A stretch of DNA of 64,000 bases, from positions 197,373 through 261,372 of the forward strand of contig JBBTQW010000002.1 in the NCBI GenBank assembly GCA_038065495.1. The letters are read 5' to 3'. Position 1 is the stretch's first letter; each line of letters starts with the position of its first letter. The notes under the pieces are model-generated. The model saw nothing but the letters and a program-made list of their open reading frames with translations. It did no database searches and was not told the origin of the DNA. This document shows, piece after piece, positions 47,761 to 58,253 of this stretch. The stretch comes from Patescibacteria group bacterium (GTDB lineage: Bacteria > Patescibacteriota > Minisyncoccia > Phycocordibacterales > JACOZG01). A program made the translations under genes and the position numbers.

Positions 47761-50247
47761 CTAATGTCCTTTAGAAAGTTCCTGATGCTCTAAGGTGTTT
47801 AATAAGCCGCATTTCTTGTACTTTTTGCCACTGCCACAAGGACAAGGATCGTTGCGATTTAGCTCACTTTTGGCACTTAAACTGGTCGCTTGATTAGGCG
47901 TGAGATTGATTGAGAAAGTGGGCAAAGGCGAGATGTCCTTAAAGCCTGTTTTGAGACTCGGCAATAGTCGTCTAATCTCTTCCAGAATATTCGCTTCCAT
48001 TAGTTTAAACATCCCAAGACCTTCGCGTTTATATTCCACCAGCGGATCTCTCTGCCCATAAGCGCGGAGACTGACACTCGAGCGCATTGCTTCCATCGCT
48101 TCCAGATGCTCTAGCCAGTTCAAGTCAATAATCTGGAGAGTGCCGCGGCGAAGCTGATCTTTTTCTTCGACACTTAAATCCAGATTTTGGTCAGCTAACT
48201 GCGCTAGCCATTCATCTACTGATTCTGCATTGCCGAAAAGCAGATTAGCCCGACGCTGATAAATCGTTGTGCGCTGATGATTGAGCACATTGTCGTAATC
48301 CAGCAAGTGCTTGCGCACATCAAAGTTCAAGCCTTCGATCTTGCCTTGCGCACTCTCGATCGCCCGCGAGACCATCTTGGCTTGGATCGGTTCATCTTCT
48401 GGGATCCCAAATCGTCCCATCAAACCCTTCACCCGCTCCGCCGCAAAGACCCGCGCTAGATCGTCCTCAAGTGAGATGAAAAATTGCGTGGTCCCCGGAT
48501 CGCCTTGCCGACCGGATCGGCCGCGCAACTGATTATCAATTCTCCTGGCCTCGTGCCGCTCGGTGCCGAGTACAAATAAACCACCCAAGTCGCGGATTGC
48601 CTGGCGCTCTGCTTCGCTCGCTGCCGCGCCACCAAGCTTGATGTCCACGCCGCGGCCGGCCATGTTGGTGGCGATCACCACGCTCCCGCGCTTGCCCGCT
48701 TCGGCAATAATCGCCCCTTCTTGTTCGTTATTCTTGGCATTTAGCACCTGATGCGCCACACCCTCGCGCCGCAAGTGCGCGGCTAGTAATTCGTTCTTTT
48801 CGATCGAAACTGTGCCGACTAGCACCGGCTGACCACGCTCGTTCAACTCTTTCACCTGTCTCACAATTGCTTTAATTTTGCCTTGTTCTGTTTGGAAAAT
48901 TAGATCCTCGCGATCAGTACGCTTATTCTCACGATGCGTGGGCACGGCGACCGTCTCCAAGCCATAAACGCGCGTAAACTCTTCGGCCGAGGTCAGCGCC
49001 GTACCCGTCATGCCGGCCACCTTTTTATACAGCTTAAAATAATTCTGGAACGTCACACTCGCGAGTGTGCGCGATTCTTGCTTCACACTCACACCTTCTT
49101 TGGCCTCAATCGCCTGATGCAAGCCTTCGCTCCAGCGCCGGCCGGGTTGTAAGCGTCCAGTAAATTCATCCACGATAATCACCTCGCCCTCGCGCACCAC
49201 ATAGTGCCGATCACGCTCATACAGTGCTTGCGCCCGCGTGGCTGTCTCCAAGTGATGCACATATTTTATTCCCCCATCGGTGTAGATATTGCCCACATCT
49301 AGCGCCTGTTCGGCTTTGTTAATGCCCGCATCGAGTAGCGCAATGCTCCGCGATTTTTCATCCACCGTAAAATCTTCATCGCGCTTAAGAGTGAGCGCAA
49401 TTTTCGCAAACTTCTGATACAAACTATCAGCCTCAGCGACTGGCGCGGAGATAATCAGTGGCGTACGTGCTTCGTCGATGAGAATAGAGTCCACTTCGTC
49501 GATGATCGCGTAAAAATGTTCCGGCCGCGCTGGTAGCGTGATCTGCGAGACTTGCTCCGGCACGTAAGCTAAGTTGTCGCGCAAGTAATCAAAGCCGAAC
49601 TCGTGGTTAGTGCCGTAAGTAATATCGGCCTGGTAAGCCTCGCGGCGCGAACAGGGTTTGAGAAAATCATAGACAATCTTATACCCGCCAACAGCGTCAC
49701 GATTAGCATCGCTCGCTGGATCACTCTGATGACGAGCATCGTAAAGATAAGAAGTTTCGTGATTAATCACGCCCACACGGAGGCCCAGCGCCGCGTAGAT
49801 TTGCCCCATCCACACCGCGTCGCGTCGCGCAAGATAATCGTTAACTGTTACCAGATGCACGCCCCGGCCCGCGAGTGCATTGAGATAAGTGGGTAGCGTG
49901 GCGACCAGAGTTTTTCCCTCACCAGTTTTCATCTCTGCAATTTTTCCCTGATGCATAATTATGCCACCCAAAAGCTGCACATCATAATGTCTCTGCCCCA
50001 GCGTGCGCTTGCCCGCCTCGCGCACCAGCGCAAAGGCTTCTGGCAACAAGTCGTCCAGACTCTCACCAGCAATTAAACGCTGTTTTAAAGCTTCAGTTCT
50101 GGCTGGCAAGTCAGCATCAGCCAGCTTTTCTAGTTCTGGCTCTAAACTATTTATTTTTTCTATTGTTGGCTGGAGCGAGCGCACGTAACGCTCATTACCA
50201 GCGCCGCCAAAGAGTTGGGACAAGAAAAAAGGCATAATGCTGTGCAT
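47761..50247 (-). CDS. secA: Preprotein translocase SecA
   Basis: EMKTGEGKTL, DEVDSILIDEARTPLIIS, TNMAGRG, SEC-C CPCGSGKKYKKC; start uncertain. Confidence 0.98.
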   Translation of the reverse strand: MHSIMPFFLSQLFGGAGNERYVRSLQPTIEKINSLEPELEKLADADLPARTEALKQRLIAGESLDDLLPEAFALVREAGKRTLGQRHYDVQLLGGIIMHQGKIAEMKTGEGKTLVATLPTYLNALAGRGVHLVTVNDYLARRDAVWMGQIYAALGLRVGVINHETSYLYDARHQSDPASDANRDAVGGYKIVYDFLKPCSRREAYQADITYGTNHEFGFDYLRDNLAYVPEQVSQITLPARPEHFYAIIDEVDSILIDEARTPLIISAPVAEADSLYQKFAKIALTLKRDEDFTVDEKSRSIALLDAGINKAEQALDVGNIYTDGGIKYVHHLETATRAQALYERDRHYVVREGEVIIVDEFTGRLQPGRRWSEGLHQAIEAKEGVSVKQESRTLASVTFQNYFKLYKKVAGMTGTALTSAEEFTRVYGLETVAVPTHRENKRTDREDLIFQTEQGKIKAIVRQVKELNERGQPVLVGTVSIEKNELLAAHLRREGVAHQVLNAKNNEQEGAIIAEAGKRGSVVIATNMAGRGVDIKLGGAAASEAERQAIRDLGGLFVLGTERHEARRIDNQLRGRSGRQGDPGTTQFFISLEDDLARVFAAERVKGLMGRFGIPEDEPIQAKMVSRAIESAQGKIEGLNFDVRKHLLDYDNVLNHQRTTIYQRRANLLFGNAESVDEWLAQLADQNLDLSVEEKDQLRRGTLQIIDLNWLEHLEAMEAMRSSVSLRAYGQRDPLVEYKREGLGMFKLMEANILEEIRRLLPSLKTGFKDISPLPTFSINLTPNQATSLSAKSELNRNDPCPCGSGKKYKKCGLLNTLEHQELSKGH

Positions 50248-50295
50248 TATGCCTTTTTTACGTCCAAAAAACAATCTGATGGACTAACCAACTAA

Positions 50296-50382
50296 CTATC
50301 GACTGCGCTTGCGCTTAGTCGCCTTCTTCTTAGTGGCCTTGCGCTTCTTTGGAGCGGCCTTCTTTCTTTTCTTTGCTGCCAT
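50296..50382 (-). CDS. 28-aa Lys/Arg-rich protamine/histone-like peptide
   Basis: MAAKKRKKAAPKKRKATKKKATKRKRSR; not in ORF track. Confidence 0.65.
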   Translation of the reverse strand: MAAKKRKKAAPKKRKATKKKATKRKRSR

Positions 50383-50559
50383 GTTAATTAAAAATTATTT
50401 TTTTAAAGTTCCGCAACACCTCGACGACTGGTTGTTGCACTTCACTTAATTATCCGACAAAAACAATTTAGAAACAATAACTTTTTCGCAAAAGTGTGGA
50501 TAACTTTTTAGTTCTAAAATATTTCTAAATTATTTTTTGCAAAAAATTTTCTGCACAGA

Positions 50560-50756
50560 CATGGCTAGCGGGTGCTGTCTCCTAAAAAACTAAATGTCTT
50601 AATGTGAGTGCGACCGCTAGCCACGACTAAGCACAAAACTGTTTATATCTTATTCTTAATTTTTTAGATACGCAAATCCCGCCGTGAGGCGGGACTTGCG
50701 CAAGACATTTACATTTAGCGGAGCAGTGCTAGCTTGCGCCAACATCGCACCCACGT
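50560..50756 (-). ncRNA. Candidate structured RNA region
   Basis: TATGAT -10, GCAA-tetraloop hairpin, second hairpin, downstream hairpin whose loop is complementary to the linker. Confidence 0.35.
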
Positions 50757-50864
50757 GATCATACTAGCAAAATAAAAAGATTTAGGCAAGAAAAAAGGCC
50801 CGGATTACTATATCCGAGGCCCTTTTGGACGAAGTTTTGGTATTCGTCTCACTTACCGTTTTTA

Positions 50865-51251
50865 TCACTTGCCGTTGCCAGACTTCACTCCGAGAAAGTC
50901 GCGAGTAGTCAGAGCGTAAGAACCATGGGTCACTCGCTCGTACTGAGCGATGTGGTGAGCCAAGTCCGCAATCCGATCAGCGCTGAGATAACGCGGACCG
51001 CCGTTGAACTCTCGAGTGATTATGTGCTCACCCTTGAGCTCGGTGACCACGCTGACCCCACCAGCCTTCCAGTAGATGAAGTCGCCTGGCACGAGCTGCT
51101 TCGTCTGCTCTGCGAGCGTGGCCTCAGAGGCGCCAGCAAGAGCTTCGGGTTGGCCCGTGGGTGGATTCAGAAAGAAAAAGCCCCCACCGAAGATCGCGCC
51201 AGCAAAACCCAGAACCAAAAAGCAAACCAAAACATTTTTCAAGCTGTTCAT
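50865..51251 (-). CDS. Orphan membrane-anchored protein (128 aa), cassette cargo
   Basis: N-terminal TM; AAAAACACTTGACA-18-TATACT, GTTCTTTGAC, GGGAG SD, terminator ~50786-50826. Confidence 0.7.
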   Translation of the reverse strand: MNSLKNVLVCFLVLGFAGAIFGGGFFFLNPPTGQPEALAGASEATLAEQTKQLVPGDFIYWKAGGVSVVTELKGEHIITREFNGGPRYLSADRIADLAHHIAQYERVTHGSYALTTRDFLGVKSGNGK

Positions 51252-51484
51252 CTCATTCTCCCATTCAGAATTTTCCGTTTTTCCTCTGACTGCAACAAGC
51301 AAGTCAAAGAACTGTTTACCTCCCCAAGTATAGCATAAGTAGTGTATACCTGTCAAGTGTTTTTGCAAACTGGTGCTTTTTGGTGCCAGAAAAGCCTTAT
51401 TTCTAGGCTTATTTTGGAAATAGGGTCAAAACGTGGCTAACCTTAGGGCTGGAAACAGGCCTGGGTTGAGCCAGATTTTGGCAG

Positions 51485-53713
51485 TTACTGCGCAATGGGA
51501 TTCCGTCCAGCGCGGATTTCGTTAATCAAACCTTCGGCTTGCGCTTTGTTCGCTGGATCAATTTCGGCGATGCTTTGCAATTCTATAATAGCTTGATTAC
51601 GATTGCCATTGGCGAGATATGCCGCAGCGAGGGAGAAATGCGCTTGCGCGTCGGTGGGATTAGCTTTCACTTTATCTTGCCACAGTTTGAGTACTAGATC
51701 ATAACGACGAGCAGAAACGTAAGCATTGATAAAGCGTTCGTCGGCCGGCACAGCGTCAATTTGTTTGTCTTTATCGCCAGCGAGCACTTGATCAGAGGTC
51801 TGGAGATCGCCAGTGTAGACGAGCACAAGCGCGTAGAAGAGTCTGGCTTCTGGGAAGCGTTCGTCAAGTTCGAAGGCGCGCTTGGCCGTAGCCAGTGCGG
51901 CTGGTTTATCGCCTGCTTCTAAATGCGCCGCAGCGAGCTGGAACAGAATAGTCTGTTTGTTCGGCGAGAGCGCGCTGGCTGTGGTGAGCTCGGTAATGGC
52001 TTCTGCCTGCTTACCCAGAGCGCTAAGCGCCGAACCGTAGAGCAAGTGAACGCGCGCATCATCCGGCACTTGCGCGATTTGGGCTTGGAATTGAGCTAAC
52101 AGTAATTCTGTGGCTGTTTGTTTGATCTCTGGCGAAACATTGGGATCGCGACTAAGTTGTAAGACTTGATTGAAAAATTGCTCAACCGCCTCGCGAGAAA
52201 TAAAAGTGTGACTGGCGAAAATATCTTGGAAAATCTTGACTCGGCTCTGCGCCACTTGATTGGCGTCAACATTCTGGGCGACTGGACTGATGCCGATAAT
52301 TAATCTAGCACTCACCGACATTGGTCTAAAATTGAAATAATAAAGTGAAGCGCCAAGCAACACTACCAAAACAGCTGGCGTGATAATCGCGAGAGCGGAA
52401 TTCTTGCTAGCTAAGTCGCGAGCATAATTATTTTGTTTTTCTTCTCTTTCTTGATCAGAAAAATTAAGATTGAAGTTGAGATAAGCGAGCACGGTGAGAA
52501 AAATTAAATAACTCGTGAGGTTGTCGAAAACGAAAAAGTTGTGGACTAAATACGCCGCAAGCAAACCGATAAAGAGCGCCTGGGCCGTGAGTGACAAACG
52601 CCGCGAGCGCCAGATGGCAACAAGCGCGAAGATGAAAAGCGTGAGATAAACCAGCAAACCAAGCGCGCCGGCCTCGATTAGCCAGTCTAAGAAAATATTG
52701 TGTGAGCGATCGAACCATGGCTCTTGCCGCCAGAGTTTGGACTCATAATATTTGTTGAACACAAGATTATAGCTCTCCGGCCCCCAGCCAAGCACTGGAT
52801 GCTCGGTGTAGCCGCGCAAGCTCATCTGCCAGATCGTCAGACGCGCTTCGGTCGTGGCCTCGGTGGCAGAAATGGAAGCAAAACGCGCCAGCGTGGGACT
52901 ATTCTTCACAAACTGAGAATCCCGCACGAACCAGAAACCGCCAACTAGAACGATTAAAACTGCCAGCGAACTAAGCCCCCAACGTCTAACTTGAGAATTT
53001 CTCCAGTTTTTAACCAGCAAAACGAGAGCGGTGACACCCAAGCCAGCTAGCACGCCAAGCAATGTGCCACGAGTGGTTGTTTTGTAGATTACAAAAACTT
53101 CTAGCAAAGCTAGCAGAATATAGACGTAGCGCAACCAAACATTTTTCCAAACTCGCGAGCAGAGATAGAGCGCGAGAAAAAAGTGGAATAAAGCATAACC
53201 AGCCAAGTAAGTGGAATTGCCAAAAGAAGCATCGATGCGCCCCTGACTAATCGCCGCAATGCCAGCGAGTTGCGCCAGCGCATGACCACAAATGATCAGA
53301 CTAACAACGAGAGAAGAATTGAGAAACCAGTTCCAGAGTTTTTCTGTCCGGAACATTGCCGACAAAATAACGAAATAAGCCGAGAGATGGAGATAACTGA
53401 TTAGGCCACCCATGCGCTCAAAGTTGGACCAAAAGCTGCGGAAAGGATGCTCGCCAAAGATCGTGGCCAGCGCGACAACTAAAGCTAAACCCAAGACGGA
53501 AAACAACAACCAAGACCTTTTCGGCCGAGCGGCCGGCTCGCGCCAGCAGAGCCACAGCCACGCGGCCAGGACGATCTCAACGATGATCCTAAAAAAGAAC
53601 GCCTTACCGCTAATAAACGGGAAAAACAGGCTTTTCGAGACTATCAACGGCGTGAGTAAAACGAGAAACAGGCCGGTATTGATAACGTAGCGCAGGACTT
53701 TGTTTAACTGCAT
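51485..53713 (-). CDS. O-antigen ligase-like (Wzy_C) membrane protein with TPR tail
   Basis: FGNSTYLA, TRG, ARLTIW, GWGPE, DRSHNIFLD; C-terminal TPR-like repeats. Confidence 0.88.
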   Translation of the reverse strand: MQLNKVLRYVINTGLFLVLLTPLIVSKSLFFPFISGKAFFFRIIVEIVLAAWLWLCWREPAARPKRSWLLFSVLGLALVVALATIFGEHPFRSFWSNFERMGGLISYLHLSAYFVILSAMFRTEKLWNWFLNSSLVVSLIICGHALAQLAGIAAISQGRIDASFGNSTYLAGYALFHFFLALYLCSRVWKNVWLRYVYILLALLEVFVIYKTTTRGTLLGVLAGLGVTALVLLVKNWRNSQVRRWGLSSLAVLIVLVGGFWFVRDSQFVKNSPTLARFASISATEATTEARLTIWQMSLRGYTEHPVLGWGPESYNLVFNKYYESKLWRQEPWFDRSHNIFLDWLIEAGALGLLVYLTLFIFALVAIWRSRRLSLTAQALFIGLLAAYLVHNFFVFDNLTSYLIFLTVLAYLNFNLNFSDQEREEKQNNYARDLASKNSALAIITPAVLVVLLGASLYYFNFRPMSVSARLIIGISPVAQNVDANQVAQSRVKIFQDIFASHTFISREAVEQFFNQVLQLSRDPNVSPEIKQTATELLLAQFQAQIAQVPDDARVHLLYGSALSALGKQAEAITELTTASALSPNKQTILFQLAAAHLEAGDKPAALATAKRAFELDERFPEARLFYALVLVYTGDLQTSDQVLAGDKDKQIDAVPADERFINAYVSARRYDLVLKLWQDKVKANPTDAQAHFSLAAAYLANGNRNQAIIELQSIAEIDPANKAQAEGLINEIRAGRNPIAQ

Positions 53714-53760
53714 ATTGCGGATAACTCTAGCATAATCGGCCAAAAATGCTAGGATAGAGC

Positions 53761-54801
53761 ATGCTGAAAAAAGCGCTGATTACCGGCATCACCGGCCAAG
53801 ACGGCTCTTACCTGACCGAGCTACTCCTCAAAAAAGGTTACGAGGTTCACGGTATCATCCGACGCTCTAGTTCTATTAATACAGACCGAATTGACCACCT
53901 CTACCGCGATCCCCATCTCCACGGGGTCAAATTATTCTTACACTACGGCGACTTATCAGACAGTAGTAATCTATCGAGACTAATCGAGAAAGTGGCACCA
54001 GAAGAAATCTACAATTTAGGAGCACAAAGCCATGTAAAAGTCAGCTTTGACATGCCAGAGTATACTAGCGACACTGTGGCCCTAGGCACACTCAGACTGC
54101 TTGACGCTATTCGCGAGACGAGAATCAAAACGAGATTGTATCAGGCTTCGTCTTCAGAAATGTTTGGTCTAGTGCAAGAAAATCCACAAAGAGAAACTAC
54201 CCCTTTCTATCCCCGCTCGCCATATGGCTGTGCGAAAGTTTATGCTTATTGGATTACCAAAAATTATCGCGAGAGCTACGGCCTTTTTGCCAGCAACGGC
54301 ATTCTATTTAATCACGAGTCACCGCGTCGCGGTGAGACTTTCGTCACCAGAAAAATTACGCGAGGCTTAGCGCGAATTAAATTGGGAAAAGATAAAAAAC
54401 TTTATCTCGGCAATCTGGATGCCAAACGCGACTGGGGTTATGCCAAAGATTATGTGGAGGGCATGTGGCGGATGTTGCAACACTCTAAACCTGACGACTT
54501 TATCCTGGCTACTGGTGAGACTCACAGTGTGCGGGAATTTGCAGAAGAAGTGGCAAAAAATCTGGATATTAATCTAGCTTGGCAAGACAAGGGTCTGAAA
54601 GAAAAAGGAATTGATAAGAAAAGTGGTAAAACTATTATCGAAATCGATAAGCGTTATTTCCGTCCGGCTGAGGTTGATCTCTTGCTCGGCGATTACTCTA
54701 AGGCTAAGAAAGAATTGGGCTGGAAACCGAAAACCACTTTCCAGAAACTAGCAAAAATTATGACAGAAGCTGATTGGCAAGAAGAAAAAAGCAAAGCATG
54801 A
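53761..54801 (+). CDS. gmd: GDP-mannose 4,6-dehydratase
   Basis: [41 protein letters not shown]. Confidence 0.98.
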   Translation: MLKKALITGITGQDGSYLTELLLKKGYEVHGIIRRSSSINTDRIDHLYRDPHLHGVKLFLHYGDLSDSSNLSRLIEKVAPEEIYNLGAQSHVKVSFDMPEYTSDTVALGTLRLLDAIRETRIKTRLYQASSSEMFGLVQENPQRETTPFYPRSPYGCAKVYAYWITKNYRESYGLFASNGILFNHESPRRGETFVTRKITRGLARIKLGKDKKLYLGNLDAKRDWGYAKDYVEGMWRMLQHSKPDDFILATGETHSVREFAEEVAKNLDINLAWQDKGLKEKGIDKKSGKTIIEIDKRYFRPAEVDLLLGDYSKAKKELGWKPKTTFQKLAKIMTEADWQEEKSKA

Positions 54802-55850
54802 CAATATGTTATGCCAGTCTGGGAACCAGTAATGCTCGCGATCAAGCGACAATTAGAGCCTTGCGGGCAACCGGCACAGAAGTAACCGTATTGATTGAAA
54901 ATACCCGTAGCTGGATTAAGTTTGGCAAACTAGCTCAAAAGTACTTTGCACTAAAAGAACAGCCCGATCTACTCATCGTGGGTTATGCCAGTGCTATTTT
55001 CGTCCCCCTACTTCGTCTAATCTCAAGAAAAAGAATTATCTACAATGCCCTCGCACCGCTCTATGACGGCATGGTAACCTCTCGTGGAAATAATCAAAAG
55101 ATTTCTCTGACAGCAATAAAATATTGGCTGATTGATTGGCTCGCCTTCCACACCGCTCATCATGTGTTAGTTGAGAGTGAGTTACAGAAAAAATTTGTAA
55201 CCAAAACTTTTCTACTCGCGCCAAATCGCGTATCTGTGACATACACTAGTGTTAATCAAAATGATTTCTTCTTTGACTCACAAATAAAAAAACTGGTTAA
55301 TTTTACTGTCGTTTTCAGAGGAAACTTTCTGCCTGAGGCAGGGGCAGAGGTAGTAGTAAAAGCCGCTAAAATTTTAGAAAAGTATGGGATTAAGTTCAGA
55401 ATCATCGGTCGTGGTTTATTAGAGCTGGAGGTACAAGAAATCATAAAGAAATTGCAGCCAGAAAATCTAGAGCTGATTACAGAGATTTTACCTTTTGAAA
55501 CGTTACGACAAAAAATGCAGGAATGCCACCTAGCGCTTGGTCAAATGGCCAATCATCCCCGACTAAGCCGCACAATACCAAACAAAGCGTTTGAAGTACT
55601 AGCCATGAAACTCCCTTACCTAACTGGTCGTCAGCCGGCAATTCTCGAACTGCTTGAAGAAAACTCAACTTGTTTTTGTAACAATCCAGGTGATCCTGCT
55701 GACTTGGCTCAGAAAATTTTAGATTTAAGCAAACAACCAGAGTTATTAAACATAATTGCTGAAAGGGGTTTTGCTCTGTACCAACAAACTTTGACAGAAA
55801 AAATTACCGGCCAGAGACTTTTGAAAATTACCACAGTGATCCTAACCTAA
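54798..55850 (+). CDS. GT-B glycosyltransferase (GT4-like)
   Basis: [24 protein letters not shown]. Confidence 0.85.
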   Translation: MTICYASLGTSNARDQATIRALRATGTEVTVLIENTRSWIKFGKLAQKYFALKEQPDLLIVGYASAIFVPLLRLISRKRIIYNALAPLYDGMVTSRGNNQKISLTAIKYWLIDWLAFHTAHHVLVESELQKKFVTKTFLLAPNRVSVTYTSVNQNDFFFDSQIKKLVNFTVVFRGNFLPEAGAEVVVKAAKILEKYGIKFRIIGRGLLELEVQEIIKKLQPENLELITEILPFETLRQKMQECHLALGQMANHPRLSRTIPNKAFEVLAMKLPYLTGRQPAILELLEENSTCFCNNPGDPADLAQKILDLSKQPELLNIIAERGFALYQQTLTEKITGQRLLKITTVILT

Positions 55851-56924
55851 GCCAACAAAGTTAATCACTGTAGTACAAAACTTTTCCCACGAGTGCTCAG
55901 TTTCAGCAATCAATCGATTCTGGCGTGATAGAGAAAGAAGCTCAACCTCTGGAGCTTGCTGAAGTTTTTGTAATGCAGACACATTATAGTTGGTGTCTGT
56001 CGTAGAGAGCTTGATGAGCGAAGGATGATCATAGCCCGACTCTGGCGTACAAGCCACCACCAGACCAAAGCACATTTGTTCTAAAATGGTTGTCGCCTGA
56101 GCATCGGCCGTACTCACATTAACAAAAATATCATATTCCTCAGCAATCTTAGACATAAACTGCGGCGTGAGCGCCACAAAGTCGGCAAGCTTCTTCCAGC
56201 CCTTAATCGTGCCTCCACCAATGTGACCGCCTTGGAAATTGGGAATGGCTCTAGCAATATTTTCCAACTCTCTTGTATTTTTAGACCAAGAAGTATGACC
56301 AATGTATAAATACTTTCTTTGTCCAACAGGATTAAAAGATTTTTTTACCAAAGGATAATCATCTGGCTCAATACCCATGTTCACATTAATCCGCCGCTTG
56401 ATGGGCAAATCACGGAACGGAGACTTCTCATCCCAGTCCCGTTGCCAGATATCGCCACCAACCAGAATCAAGCCTTCAATAGGCTGACTCAATAATCCCC
56501 GCGCCCAAGATACGTAGAGTGGATCGTGATTGTAAGGCATGATTAAAAAAGTCCGCCGGCCCGAATATTTGCGGATTGTACGAGAAGTCACAGATAACGG
56601 ATCGTCTGTACTGGAACCACTAGAAGAAAAACCGCCCAGCGGTGCCGGTTGACCAATAAAAATATCGCCCGCGCCCAGTCTAGCGACAGTTCGCTCGAAG
56701 AGACTGTAAAATCTAACCGCGCCCCTCTCTTTCAGAGCATGAAGCAGATTATAAGAGATAGAGTGTGGCGCGCGGATTGGCCTTTGCCAGGGAATCAACA
56801 GCTCGTGACCACCGCGATGAAGCGGTTGTAGGTGGACCAAACGAATAAATCGATCGAGTGCGCGACGCCAGAAATGGGAACTACCTGGGACAGTGTAAGC
56901 AAAATGGATTATCGGCTTAGACAT
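55842..56924 (-). CDS. Putative glycosyltransferase
   Basis: YIGH, DAQATTILEQMCFGL, HSWEKF resemble GT-B C-terminal motifs. Confidence 0.65.
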   Translation of the reverse strand: MSKPIIHFAYTVPGSSHFWRRALDRFIRLVHLQPLHRGGHELLIPWQRPIRAPHSISYNLLHALKERGAVRFYSLFERTVARLGAGDIFIGQPAPLGGFSSSGSSTDDPLSVTSRTIRKYSGRRTFLIMPYNHDPLYVSWARGLLSQPIEGLILVGGDIWQRDWDEKSPFRDLPIKRRINVNMGIEPDDYPLVKKSFNPVGQRKYLYIGHTSWSKNTRELENIARAIPNFQGGHIGGGTIKGWKKLADFVALTPQFMSKIAEEYDIFVNVSTADAQATTILEQMCFGLVVACTPESGYDHPSLIKLSTTDTNYNVSALQKLQQAPEVELLSLSRQNRLIAETEHSWEKFCTTVINFVGLG

Positions 56925-56978
56925 TAACTTCTGGCCTACTCTACCTTAAACAAAGCAACAATGCTAGTATTTACCGAA

Positions 56979-58235
56979 ATGAACTACTGGCGTCAAAAGG
57001 CTTATAGTTGGCTCCGTTGGAGTGAAAAATATGCGAAAGCCGACATGGTATATGTGGCTAAAGGTAACTCTTGGCAAATCCTGGGACAAATTGTGACCAC
57101 CCTCCTGTCCTTCGCCCTCTTGACGGTTTTTGCCAATTATCTACCGAAAGAAACTTACGGTCTTTATCGCTATATTCTCTCGCTGGCGAGCGTACTTGGA
57201 ACCTTCTCACTCACGGGCATGAACCAAGCCGTGGCTCAAGCTGCTGCGCGGGGAGACGAGGGCTCCTTGCGAGCATCAGTCAGATATCAATTGAAGTGGA
57301 ACAGTGTCACATTCTTGGCATTTTGTGCTTTGAGTGGATATTACTTTTATAATAACAACGTAACTGTGGCAATCTCGCTCCTAATAATGAGCATTTGTTC
57401 GCCACTAACAGCCTCTTTCAACACTTTCGGCGCTTATCTTGATGGGAAGAGACAATTTCGCCTTAACGGAATCTTCGGCATTATCTCAATTGTTGTGTAC
57501 GCCCTTAGCATGATGGTAATAATCATCCTTAGTGGTGAAGTAATCTGGCTGATTGCTATATACTCACTCTCTACCTTAGGAACAACTTTTGCTTTCTACT
57601 TGGTGACGTTACGTAAATTTAAGCCACCGACCACAGAAGCCAAAGATACTCTAAAGTACGGCCGCGAGCTGACCTTTATCGGATTTATTGGCCCCATTGT
57701 GTCCCAAATTGATAAAATTATTCTCACCCACTTCTGGGGAGCCACTCAGTTGGCTGTTTATTCTCTAGCTCTCGCGATACCAGACAGAGCTTCTATCGCT
57801 ATTAAGAACTTGGTTAGTATTGGCATGCCTAAGTTCTCAAATAAAAGCCCAACAGAGTTAAATCGTGTATTTTATCTAAGAATTTCTCAAGGTCTTCTAG
57901 TTGGCACGGTCTGCACAATTTCTTATGTAATCCTCGCGCCCTACGTCTTCACCTATCTACTACCGAAATATCTTGACGCATTATTCTATTCACAATTGCT
58001 CTCTATCGGTTTTATCTTTGGTATGCCAAATCGTTATATCAGTCTCCTGCTAACTTCTCAAAAACTATCCAAGTTAATCTTTGCTAACAGTTTAATCCAA
58101 AACACAGTAAGATTATTATTGTATGTAATTCTCGGCATCTGGGGAGGAATACTGGGTCTCGTGACAGCACAGGTGCTAAATTCTTTCATTAGTATGCTCA
58201 TTAATATTGCGATGTGGCGGTCAGTCAAAAATTAA
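56979..58235 (+). CDS. Polysaccharide flippase (Wzx-like)
   Basis: Multi-TM, LPKETYGLY, QIDKIIL..LAVYSLA. Confidence 0.85.
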   Translation: MNYWRQKAYSWLRWSEKYAKADMVYVAKGNSWQILGQIVTTLLSFALLTVFANYLPKETYGLYRYILSLASVLGTFSLTGMNQAVAQAAARGDEGSLRASVRYQLKWNSVTFLAFCALSGYYFYNNNVTVAISLLIMSICSPLTASFNTFGAYLDGKRQFRLNGIFGIISIVVYALSMMVIIILSGEVIWLIAIYSLSTLGTTFAFYLVTLRKFKPPTTEAKDTLKYGRELTFIGFIGPIVSQIDKIILTHFWGATQLAVYSLALAIPDRASIAIKNLVSIGMPKFSNKSPTELNRVFYLRISQGLLVGTVCTISYVILAPYVFTYLLPKYLDALFYSQLLSIGFIFGMPNRYISLLLTSQKLSKLIFANSLIQNTVRLLLYVILGIWGGILGLVTAQVLNSFISMLINIAMWRSVKN

Positions 58236-58253
58236 ACTTATTTTTTTCTTTCC

